Shown here: piece after piece, positions 54,231-64,000 of the stretch
How the letters are laid out: every line of letters starts with the position of its first letter
How positions within the stretch are numbered: position 1 is the first letter of the stretch
Assembly (NCBI GenBank): GCA_026936335.1
Contig: JAPMXV010000071.1
Span: forward strand, 1 to 64,000
DNA from: Mantamonas sphyraenae STR306
Taxonomy: Eukaryota; Protista; CRuMs
DNA length: 64,000 bases
Direction of reading: 5' to 3'
Translations under genes and position numbers: made by a program
The notes under the pieces: generated by a model
What the model was told of the DNA's origin: nothing
The model's input: only the letters and a program-made list of their open reading frames with translations
Databases searched by the model: none

Positions 54231-56051
54231 TCAAAAATCAACGTCCTCATCGAATATGGATTCGCCCAACTCTGCCATTGGATCACTGCTTGCACTGCCC
54301 TGCCCGTCATTGTTGTTGTTGGGGCTGTGCGTCGTTGTCACGCTACTCATTGTTGTGGTGGTGATTGTGGTTGGGGCAGCAGGCTCTTCCTGCTCTCCAA
54401 GGTGTTCTTCATCCCGGTCCATCTCGTCGCCGTTCCCGTCACCCTCATTCTGGAGAGAGGGAAACGAGCGTAGCGGAGAATCGTGGGCCACGTCGACCGT
54501 AACATCGTGTTGGGCCACGTTGCCGTGATTCCTGTTGACAGATGCAGAGTGCTTGGCACTTGCGGTGAGACCGAGCAGCGCGGGCGTTTTGCGTCCAAAT
54601 GTGGGGTCGCTTGCTTGCTTGCTGACAATCTGGGGAGTGCTGAGGGCGAGTTCGCCACGTGGTATGCCACTGCGCTTGCGTTTGGATCTGGTGTCGTCGA
54701 AAAAGGCCGTGACGATGTTGCGCGCGGTGATGACGAGGTAGTGCTTGCGTCGGTTGGGAGAAAACACGCTGATGTTGCGTAGGATGAGCACCGTACCGGT
54801 GGCGATGTTGTTGTCGTACTTTTCCAAGGCGCTGTGAGACAAGGTGGCATCGATCTCCCCCGTGGGATCTTGCAAACACGCCTGCGCGTTGCGTTCGTAC
54901 GTAGTCACACTCTTGACACTCACAGCCAGAGCAGGAACCTTGCTCTTGTATCCCACGCGGTGCACGTAGCGGATGGTGCACGGAAACGGCGCCAGGTCGC
55001 TGTGCGCGCGTTCCATCTGTTCCAGCTCTCGGGCCGAAATGCTCTCCAGCGACACCTGGTTTACGAATTCGTCGACGCTGCTGAGCATGGTTTGCCACGC
55101 AGGTCCCAAAGCAGCCAGCACCAATTTTGGCGTGTTCTGGGTTCTGTCTGTGGTTGTGCTGGCCTCGGAGTTCTGTGAGGGCAGCTCCGCCCCAAGCTGG
55201 TGTTGGGTCAGCGCGACCATCTCCTGGCTGAAACTCGGTGATTGCTGCACACTGGACTGTTGCGACACCGGATTGTCCCATTGCTCAACCTGGCGTGTCG
55301 CCAAGTACGTCAAACCTTGCAACGCCATCTCGCCGGCTGGGCCAGGGATGGTTTGAAGCCTGTCCTGGGTTAGCGCTTGGGAGTTGGATGCCACTAGGTG
55401 CGTCTGTCTTTGCGACATTGGCATGTTCCCTGTGTGTGCGTCCATACTGGGGGTGTGTACTTCCAGCGATTCTTGGCTCGCAGCCTGCTGCCTTTCCGCC
55501 CTTTGCTCGTGTTCCTGCCGCTCTCGTTCCTGCTCCTCCTGTATCCGCTGTCTCTTTTGCGCCTGCAAACGTCGCTGCACTTCTGCAAACGACTCCTGCT
55601 GGCTGCCGCCGTCACTGCTCGGCTCGGTGCTGTTCCCAGGAACCTCCTTGCGTTTGGTGCCCGCTTGACTCGACACAGGCACCTGCTGATTATCTACAGT
55701 CGCTCCACTCACACCGAAGCCATGGGAAGACGGTTCATGTGCATGCCGTGTCACCTCCTGCTGCTGGACTGGTGTGTGGGGTGCTGACACCGCGCGCGAT
55801 TCCTCGCCACGCTCTGCGTCATGCCCGCGGGATGTCTGCGGGGACTGCAAGGATGGAGGAGGTGGGATTTCGGCTTGGAGAGCCGGAGTTGCCGCCAAGG
55901 CGCTATCAGTGGCCTGGCGTGTGTGTGTGGCGCCTGCAATCACAAGATCTTCCTTTTCAAAGACATCCATGGACTGTATGAGGAGGTCGTCGTCAAGACC
56001 ATCGGTGACATCCAAACCCACGGTCGCAAACAGGCCATTTCCCTGGGACAT
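54231..56051 (-). CDS. HROB: HROB/MCM8IP (DUF4539) OB-fold recombination factor
   Basis: IPGPAG; KVPALAV.VKS..LQDPTGEIDATL..GTVLILRNISVFSP..HYLVIT.RNIV. Confidence 0.85.
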   Translation of the reverse strand: MSQGNGLFATVGLDVTDGLDDDLLIQSMDVFEKEDLVIAGATHTRQATDSALAATPALQAEIPPPPSLQSPQTSRGHDAERGEESRAVSAPHTPVQQQEVTRHAHEPSSHGFGVSGATVDNQQVPVSSQAGTKRKEVPGNSTEPSSDGGSQQESFAEVQRRLQAQKRQRIQEEQERERQEHEQRAERQQAASQESLEVHTPSMDAHTGNMPMSQRQTHLVASNSQALTQDRLQTIPGPAGEMALQGLTYLATRQVEQWDNPVSQQSSVQQSPSFSQEMVALTQHQLGAELPSQNSEASTTTDRTQNTPKLVLAALGPAWQTMLSSVDEFVNQVSLESISARELEQMERAHSDLAPFPCTIRYVHRVGYKSKVPALAVSVKSVTTYERNAQACLQDPTGEIDATLSHSALEKYDNNIATGTVLILRNISVFSPNRRKHYLVITARNIVTAFFDDTRSKRKRSGIPRGELALSTPQIVSKQASDPTFGRKTPALLGLTASAKHSASVNRNHGNVAQHDVTVDVAHDSPLRSFPSLQNEGDGNGDEMDRDEEHLGEQEEPAAPTTITTTTMSSVTTTHSPNNNNDGQGSASSDPMAELGESIFDEDVDF

Positions 56052-56147
56052 TGGCAAAGGAGAGGTGTGTGTGGATCACAACAACAGGCGTTTGTTTCCA
56101 GGCTCTTCCTTGGTCTGGACCACATGGCGCATGGGACTCGTCTGTCA

Positions 56148-57320
56148 TCACTCAAACAGCTTGGAGCCCGGTTCAGAGCCAAGGGTGTGTGTGGAGGTGG
56201 AAGTCTTGAGGGGAGCTCCGGCACGCACGCCTGCGGCAGCGTCACTGACGCTCAGAATCTTGATGTAACCGTAGACGATGGTGCCGATAAGGATGAGGGT
56301 GATGGCCACGAGGCTCATGGTGCTGGAAAACTGGTCGCCCCACAAGAGGTTGCCTCCAACGAGAGTGCCGATGGTCTTGAAATAACCGAGAATGTCGTAC
56401 GTCATGTCGTTGACTCCGTAGGCATCGGCCAGGCAGGTGGAGATGGCGTTGGCAAAGGAAAACACAGCCATGGCAAAGAGAAGCAGCTGGACTTGCTCGG
56501 AATAACGATAGTCGGCCATGGTGTGCAAGTTGTCACCGAGAGGGCTCAAGCAGGCCAGGAGGATGGTGGCCACGCTCAGTTGGAGGAATTGGAGCTGTAC
56601 AGAGGAGAGTTGAAGATTGCGCTGGAGGCTGGTGCAGGTCAGGTGGTAGACGACGAGTGCAACAAAGTAGGAGAGGCCCGTGACGGCACCGGGTGCATTG
56701 ACGGTGACCTCCACCATGGTGAGGGAGAAGAAGCCGGCCATGACGAGAGCCAGTGCGACGAGCTGGTCACGGGAGGTGCTCCTGTCGCGCACGAGCATGT
56801 TGATGATGCTGACGAGCGGGACTGTGGCGGAGCGGGAGATCTGACGTGGGGTTTTGGCAAAGGGTGGCGTGTGGAATGCAAACGGGATGCGAGTATGAGT
56901 GGTGGGTGCATGGGCAAGGTGGAAAACGGGGCAAATGAAAAGGCAGGAGTCAAGAGGACGCACCTGGTAGACGGGTAGGGTGTTGAGTTGGAGGGAAGCG
57001 TTTGCGAGGACGAGGCAGAGGGCAAAGATGAAGGAGGAGGTGGCGACCGAGGCGAGGGGCGCAGGCTTGAAGGTGAACAGCTTGAAGAGGATGCAGAGAA
57101 GGTAGGCAGCGAGTGCAGAGACACACTGGAGGGAAGTGAGGAACATGACTGGGCGACGGGGGAGTGGAGGCGCAGGGTCAGCAAGGCGGGCAATGCAAGC
57201 ACGCGCGGGGGGGGCGAGGGGAGTCTTACCAAACGGATAGCGATGGAAGGTCATGAGTGTCTTTGCGACGAGGACCATGCCCACGGTGCTGAGCACATTG
57301 ACGGCGCTGAAAAGGTCCAT
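56148..57320 (-). CDS. SLC35E/TPT-family nucleotide-sugar transporter; two in-frame introns (~57149..57229, ~56845..56961)
   Basis: STVGMVLVAK, LANASLQLNTLPVYQ|ISR..VP, TYDILGYFKT. Confidence 0.85.
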   Translation of the reverse strand: MDLFSAVNVLSTVGMVLVAKTLMTFHRYPFGKTPLAPPARACIARLADPAPPLPRRPVMFLTSLQCVSALAAYLLCILFKLFTFKPAPLASVATSSFIFALCLVLANASLQLNTLPVYQVRPLDSCLFICPVFHLAHAPTTHTRIPFAFHTPPFAKTPRQISRSATVPLVSIINMLVRDRSTSRDQLVALALVMAGFFSLTMVEVTVNAPGAVTGLSYFVALVVYHLTCTSLQRNLQLSSVQLQFLQLSVATILLACLSPLGDNLHTMADYRYSEQVQLLLFAMAVFSFANAISTCLADAYGVNDMTYDILGYFKTIGTLVGGNLLWGDQFSSTMSLVAITLILIGTIVYGYIKILSVSDAAAGVRAGAPLKTSTSTHTLGSEPGSKLFE

Positions 57321-57455
57321 TCGGAGGCAGGGGAATGCGCTGAGTCCGCCATCGCAAACCGGAGCCTGTCTTGAGGGAAGGGCACGCTCGCGCAACGAGA
57401 GAGCGAGAGGGAGAGAGCAAGGGTACGGAGGGGCACACGACGGGTGCAATTTGAG

Positions 57456-58530
57456 ATGAGCACACGAGCGGCAGCTTCGTTAGTGGACTGCAGCGCAGCA
57501 AGGCGTGTCAAAGGTTAGTTTTGCCAGCATGGCTGGGATACACACCCATGGAGAACAAGATTGACACAGGACGTGTGTGGCCCACCCTTTGCGTGTGTGT
57601 GTGTGCGTGTGTGTGTGCATGTGTGTGTTGTGTGCGGCAGCGGTGGTGCGTGGGAAGGAGGCGCTGAACGCACATGTGCAACGGGTGCAGTTGGCAGTGG
57701 AAGGGGAGGAGGAGGAGGAGAACGGGTTTGTGTTTATGGCAGGACAACACGTGAGGCTATTTGTGGGGGAACAGAGTGCGTCGAGAGATGTGTACGACGT
57801 GGGACAGGTGGACACGGAGTTGGGCGCGGACTTTTCGATTCTGAACAGGCCGTGGCCGCGAAGCAGAGCAGGACAGATTGAGGTGGCGATGAAAAGGAGC
57901 ATCAACCCAGTGACGCAATTCTTTCACGAGTACGCAGAGATAGGAAGTGAAGTGAGCGTGCAAGGGCCGATGGGCAGTGCAGCGTTTGAGCCGGAAGACA
58001 AGACGCCAGTGGCACTGATTGCAGGTGGGGTGGGCATCACGGCGGTGGTGAGCATTGCGGATCAGGTTGTGCATGATCCAAAGTGTGCAGGTATGCATGC
58101 GCATATGGTGTATGCAGTGAACGAGGCGGAAGACATGTTGTTTCTTCCGGAACTGGACGCCTGGGCAGAGGAGGGACTGCAGGTGACCCTGGCCGTGAGC
58201 AATGGGGACAGGGAGCGTGCGTGGCGTCAGTTGAGGCAGATGGGCAGTGGGAACGCGGTGGCGGAACGGGTGATGGAGCAGGCACTGTTTGGCAGACGAT
58301 TGGACACGGAAATGCTAGACGAGGTGGTAGCACGTGCCCAAACACACGCAATGGATGTCGCGGAGGACGGACAGGCGAAACGGGGTGTGCAGGCACGTGC
58401 TTGGGACGACCATACGCTGGTGCGCCCGTTTGTGGCAGGCCCACCTGCCATGGTGCGCTTTGCCGTGGATTACCTGGGCAAGGAACGATGCTTGTTTGAA
58501 GAGGGAGTGTATGGAGCTGGGCTCCTGTGA
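57456..58530 (+). CDS. FNR-like FAD/NAD-binding oxidoreductase (OXNAD1-like); intron 57514..57640
   Basis: FMAGQHV, DFSI, GPMG, LIAGGVGIT, FVAGPPAM..FE. Confidence 0.85.
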
Positions 58531-58560
58531 GTCGGGTGGGAGGTGGGGAATTGGGCAGCA

Positions 58561-60700
58561 ATGAAGGGCAGCAAATCGCCCCCGAGCAAACAACAAAATC
58601 ACCACTCCTCAAAACACGCGGAACGGATGCAATCGACGCGCGCTGTGGCGCGGGAAATGGATGTAGAAAGAGAGGAGTTTGACTTTGACGAGGAGAGAGA
58701 CTCGGTGGACCTTGGAGATGTGTTTGCCGAGGTGGACGGACATCTCGGGTTGGAGCAAAGCCACAGCTTCAGCAGCAACGAAGACTTTGAGCCGCTTTTC
58801 TCGGTTTCCAACACAGATGTATTCTACGAAAGGAGAGAGCGGCCAATGAAAGTGGTGGGCCAGTATTTGCTGGGGGCACACGTGGGTGAAGGTGAGTATA
58901 CCAAGCGCGGCGGGCGTGCAAAGGATCGGCCGTAGAACTTTTTTTTTTTGGTGCTTTTGCTTTGCTTCTTCGCGTACGAGCGCAGTGGATAAGGCAGCCG
59001 ATAATCATGTAGAGAAGGGTGTGCGGGTTTGCCATGCGGGAGGGGTGTGCGTGTGGTGTGGGGCAGTGATGGCGAGAGGAGTTTGCGGAGCTGTGGGCTC
59101 TGGTTCGGGGCATTTTGCGCCGGAAAGGGTGATGACAGAGTGGGAGCGGGTCATTGCGAACCCCGGGGGGTTTTTTCGCTACGTTGAGGCGGAGCGGGTG
59201 GAGCAGGCTGTGAAACTGACACGGAAAGGCGTGCACACGTGTGGGGCGATGTGACACACACGTACGCAGGGGCATACGGGACTGTGCGAGCGGGCGTGGA
59301 CACGATTAGCCTGCAGCAAGTGGTGGTGAAAATTCTCAAGAAGCAAGCGCTGAAAAAGGCAGGAGTCACCAAAGGAGATGTGGCACGCGAGGTGCAAATC
59401 ATGCACACGGTGGGCCATCTGCGGCATTTCTGCCAGCTGTTGGATGTGATTGAAGTGGACGCCAGCGAGCGAGTGTGAGTTTCGGGCCCGTGTGAGCTGA
59501 CGGCCGCAGATCGGGATTCTGGACGCCGTTTTTCTGCGCTTTTGACCTTCCACGCGGCGTGTCCAGGACGCATGGGCGGCTCGCAGGGCGTGCGCATGTG
59601 TGTGTTGCTGTGCAACTGACACCAGCAACGGGGGCGTTCTTTCTCGCAGGTACATGGTGATGGAGCAAGTGAACGGCGGGTCGGTTCAGGATATTCTCGA
59701 ACATGCCGGGGTGGCGCGGCTTCCGCTTCACCAGGCGCGGCAGCTGTTTACGCAGGTGGTGGAGGCCGTGAAGAGCTTGCACGAAAACAACGTGGCTCAC
59801 CGCGACATCAAGCCAAGCAATCTGCTTGTTGACACACAGGGAATGCTGTACCTAAGCGATTTCGGGACGGCCGAATTCATGCTGGAGGACAACAAGGACA
59901 ACGTGAGCGGGAGCAGCGTGGGCACGCCGCTGTTCCAACCCCCAGAAGTGGCCAACGGCCTGCTGAATCTCAATGGCGACAAGATCGACATCTGGTCGAT
60001 GGGCGTCACTCTGTACATCATGATTGTGGGCGAGCCGCCCTTCAAGGCCGACACGCTGTACGAACTGTACCAAACGATCGGCACGGGCACATTCAACGTG
60101 CCCATGTGGCTGCAGGAGAAGGACCCGGACGTGTGCAATCTGCTGCGTGGGATGCTGCAGCTGCACTCGTGCGACAGGTTGTCCCTGACGCAGGTGGAGC
60201 AGCATCCGTGGCTGCAGCAGGACATCTCGCTGCAGGCCAAGATTTCCGAGCAGGAGGTGCCGTATCCGTCGTTGGAGGAGCTGCAGACGGAGGAGTGGGA
60301 CTGGAGCGATTCCGACAGCGACGAGGGCGAGGTGACACACTACGAGCAGCAGGGGTCGCTGTTCCAGCGCACGTCTGCACGTCCGATTGCTCGCTCGAAA
60401 GGAGGAAGCGCCGCCATGGAGCCGATGGGCCACGAGGGTGTGCCCAGCGACAGCGTGCCCCTGACCGTGGACCTGGCCGTGCATGGCCAGCTCCAACCGA
60501 AGGCGGCGGCCCAGCAGGGGCGGGAGACAAAAAGTGTATCATTTTGTGAGGAGAGCAAGGAGGGAAGGAAAGGGAAATGGGCTTTGAGGACATCGCTCTG
60601 GCTGAAGATCTGTTGCGAGTTGTCGCCAGGCTGGGCCAGCAGTTGCACTGGAATTCAATGTGATTCTTTTCATTCTCCGCATTGCTGGACACACTCTTGA
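58561..60700 (+). CDS. STK11: LKB1/STK11-like Ser/Thr kinase; introns 58892..59269 and 59475..59649; start and C-terminal frame uncertain
   Basis: KVVGQYLLG..GEG|AYGTV, VKILKK..LKK, YMVME, HRDIKPSNLL, SDFG, GTPLFQPPEVANG..GDKIDIWS.GVTLY. Confidence 0.8.
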
Positions 60701-60728
60701 CACACCCTTGACACACGCTTGTGGCAGT

Positions 60729-61996
60729 CTAGACTACGGTGGCCGTAAAGTCAAAGTCTTGAAAGTGCTCGTCTTCGGCGACGCTCTGTGCGACCGAGTC
60801 GGCCACGGCCTCCTTTGTGAAAACGCGGTCGATGAGGGAGATGTCCTGGATGTTCTTGACGCTGGGCACAAACGGCGGGTCTATCTCGCGGGCGAGGACG
60901 GCGTCCCAGTCGATGCTCATGAAGAAGGGATGGGATTTGATCTCCTCGGCGTCCGACTTTCCCGAGCCAAGTCGCTGTGTGGGATCGCGCTCGAGCAGTC
61001 CGCACAGGAGGTCGCGCGCAGTGGGGGACACGTAGTCCGGGATGGTGAGTTTCTCGTTGAGGATGCGCATGTACATCTCCTGCTTGTTGGTGGAATAGAA
61101 GGGAGGCAGGCCGCAGAGCATTTCGTAGATGAGGATGCCCAGGGTCCACCAGTCGACGGTCTTGTTGTGGCCCTTCTTGAGGACGATTTCAGGGGCCATA
61201 TAGGCGGCGGTGCCGCAAAAGGTGTACGTGGTGTCGTTTGCATTGCCGGCCTTGCTGAGACCAAAGTCGGTGATGCGAATGTGGCCGTCCATGTCGAGGA
61301 GGATGTTTTCGGGCTTGAGGTCGCGGTGTACCACCCCGAGACTGTGCAGGTATTCGAGTGCCAATGTGATTTCGGCTGCGTACAGGCGTGTGCGGTACTC
61401 GGTGAAGCGGACGGCGGACTGGATGTGTTGGAAGAGTTCGCCGCCGTTGACAAAGTCCATGACAAAGTAGAGTTTGCTGGTGGTGCGGAAGGCAAAGACA
61501 AGCGAGACGCAGAACGGGTGATTGATCTGCTGCAGCACCATGCGCTCTGTTTGTGTGCTTTTCAGCTGCCTTCGCTTGAAGACGTCGATCTTCTTGATCA
61601 CTTTTAGGGCGTAGATTTTGCCTGTGTCATGCTTGCGCACCTGGAATATCTTGCCAAACTTGCCTCGTCCCACCACAGCCAGCAATTCAAAGTCCTCCAG
61701 ATTGACGCCGGCACCCTTCTCCGTCTGCGTGGACGGCCAGACGCGTGAACGCCGGCCATCGAGCAGTCAGCGGGGATAGAATGCGTGTGTGCATGAGTGT
61801 GAGCGGTGTGCCGCTGGAGGGGCTAGTTAGGGTGCCAAAAGCGAGGGAAAGAGCTGCAACAACGTACCTGTACACAAAGGTTGAGCACTTCGACCCAGTG
61901 AATCATGGCCTGCGAGAAATTCCACACAAGGCGTGTGAGCTTGGTGAAGTATGGATCGGGTAGGGGCCGGTGTGTGCACGCAGCGAGGGTAGATGC

Positions 61997-62036
<40 letters not shown>

Positions 62037-62472
62037 CTGGGCGACGTACCTCTTCGCTGGGAGCCTGCAGAAAATAGGCTCTGCGCTTGGGATGGAAGAT
62101 GCCAAAGGTGTTTCGGCGGTCTGTGTGCTGCTCGGCGGTTGCCACGCTGCACCCGTTGAGGTCGATGGAGCCACGCTGGATGCCTGCTTGCTTGTCTTGG
62201 TATGTTAGGAAGTAGTTGAGGCAGCAGTCTTCGGGCTTGAGGACAAAGTAGCGATCACGCCAGCGGCGGAACACATCGCTTTGCTTGCACAGCGTGCCTT
62301 CCTTTGCCAGCCAGTCGTCGACCTCAGAAGTGTCGTCTGTGTCCTCGCTTGATGGCTCTTCCCCGAGCAGCTCACTGACGAGGTCCTCGGTCATCATCGA
62401 TCCGCGCTGCTGAAGAGCAGTCTGGCCCTCTTGGTCTCCGCTTGCCTCGCTGCTGCTGCTGCTGCTGCTTCC

Positions 62473-62503
<31 letters not shown>

Positions 62504-62748
62504 GAGGAAGACGACACCCCGGCCCCAAATGCCTCTTTGTCGTCGTCGCCGTCGTCCTCGAGACTCTGCAGCTCCTTGGCGTCGATCTCCAGTTGAGCGG
62601 CAAGTTGGGAGCGTTCTTGCTTCACATCAAAGCCACCAGAGTTCTCCTGCTGCTCGTGCTCGTGCTCAGTGGTCTCCACAGCGAGGGCAGAGAAGAATGC
62701 CTCGTCAAAGATGGTGATCTTGACGTCGGCAAACGGGTCGCTGCTCAT
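60729..62748 (-). CDS. PH-domain AGC kinase (PKB/Akt-like) with acidic N-terminal extension; two introns
   Basis: KEGTLCKQSDVFRRWRDRYFVL (PH); GRGKFGK, HRDLKPEN, TDFGLSK, TFCGT, VDWWTLG, PPFVP, FQDFDF. Confidence 0.9.
61998..62032. repeat. Intronic (TG)n microsatellite; similar CA/TG tracts in introns near 19525, 46530, 57595
   Basis: Direct inspection. Confidence 0.9.
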
Positions 62749-62823
62749 GCAATTCAATTCCGTGGGCAGGCGCCGTGGCCGCCAAAGCAAATTTCAGCAG
62801 AGCTCTGCGTGACCACGAAGGGC

Positions 62824-64000
62824 ATGGCAGCGACGGGCGCAAGCACGGGCGGCATGGCCACAGAGCTGTTTGGATTGGAAAAGGAACTGAATTGCTCGAT
62901 TTGGTAGGTGTGCGTGTGTGTGGAGAGAGCGAGAGTCGTGAGGAATCGCTCACCTTTTCCTGCCGCTCGTCTGCACACAGCCTGGGCATCTATGACGACC
63001 CATACTCGACGCCATGCAATCACCAGTTTTGCAAGTAAGTGAATGGGCGAGTGTTTGGTGGCGTGAGCATGCACACACAGCTGCAGGAGCGCAAAGGATG
63101 TTTTTGGCGCGCGCGCTCGGGTTGTCAGGAACTCACAGGGGACCCATCGCCGCAGGGAGTGCATTCTGCAGTCATTACGTGTGACGAGCGCCTGCCCGCT
63201 CTGCAAGTGTCCGATGTACAAGCGGGCACTGTCGCGCAACCCACAGCTGGCCAACATCATCAACGCGTACCGGTCGATCAAGCAGGCCATGGAACCGGCG
63301 GAGCCGCAAGTGGCCAAAGAGGCCGTGGTCGAGCGCGTGTACCAGGAGGGCCCACTGCTCACCGAGGAGGAGATCAAACAGATGTTCCCAGACCCAGTGA
63401 AGCACAGCAAGATACTTGCACACAGGGAAAGCAAGAAGCTGGGCAAGACCAAAGGTTCGGACGATCCCATGCAGGAGGAGGAGACTCACAAAGGGCAGGA
63501 GGAGGTTGAGGACAACGACGAAGATGAGGATGACGACGAGATGGCTGTCCTGAGCCCACAATTGGTCAACACAGACGCGAATGTACAGACGCGCCGTACG
63601 CGCAGGCGCAGCAGGAGCCGCACGAGTGAATCAGACACAGACAAGGTGGCTGCAGAGGTGCAAGAGCTGCTTCAGAAGAGGACAACACGTGCGGGGCGCA
63701 AGAAACTTGAAACACTGACCATGCAGCTGCCGGAAGAAGTGGGGACCATCATAGGCGCGACGTCCCCGTCCAAGGGCAGCCGCAGGCGATCAAGGACACG
63801 GCGAAGCACAGAGGAGGATGAGGATGAGGAGGGAACAGAGGTTGGCAGCGAGCCGAGTGTGACACGAGGAAGGCGAGGCGGGCGAAGGAGAAGTCGCAGC
63901 CGCAGTCGATCTGGCCGCAAGCAGAAGAAGAAGGGCGGTCGAATGAGGAAAAGCTCACCCGACGACTGGAAGAGACAGTTGGAAGCACAGAGCAACGGCA
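62824..64000 (+). CDS. N-terminal C3HC4 RING protein, BRCA1/BARD1-like, runs off window; introns 62904..62980 and 63035..63155
   Basis: LEKELNCSIC|LGIYDDPYSTPCNHQFCK|ECILQSL..CPLCK..KRAL..PQLANII followed by disordered region; BRCT not visible in window. Confidence 0.6.

Noticed and set aside
59129-59222. C/D-box snoRNA candidate in LKB1 intron 1 (GTGATGA...CTGA)
   Set aside because: The CTGA is the likely branch site (AACTGAC); no clear terminal stem or recognisable guide; Infernal/snoscan would decide

Overview
Left end of a chromosome from a GC-rich, extremely gene-dense unicellular eukaryote, probably a flagellate (species not determinable from sequence alone). It has a (CCCTAA)n telomere, GT-AG spliceosomal introns mostly 80-210 nt, and the standard genetic code. 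A ~7.6-kb subtelomeric accessory zone holds (i) an orphan nuclear protein built from four ~180-200-aa modules (A-B-A-B) whose differences concentrate in short hypervariable patches, suggesting a modular binding protein, and (ii) a Crinkler/RHS-type P-loop NTPase + PD-(D/E)xK nuclease with a mitochondrial-like presequence. About 25 tightly packed genes follow: INTS5-like, AFG1, LamG-GT2 glycosyltransferase, ABHD11, PCBD, PLRG1, pseudo-kinesin-CCDC78, two actins in a 2.5-kb direct repeat, RADX-like, M1 aminopeptidase, PH-PH-Sec7 ArfGEF, two AAAP transporters (one SLC38A9-like), ArfGAP1, P4-ATPase, Mid1/NALF-like, HROB, SLC35, OXNAD1-like, LKB1-like, Akt-like and a truncated BRCA1/BARD1-like RING gene. 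A strong C/G strand skew ignores gene orientation and switches polarity inside genes. About eight apparent frameshifts, mostly at homopolymers, look like long-read errors. All family assignments come from motif recognition by eye, not database searches.
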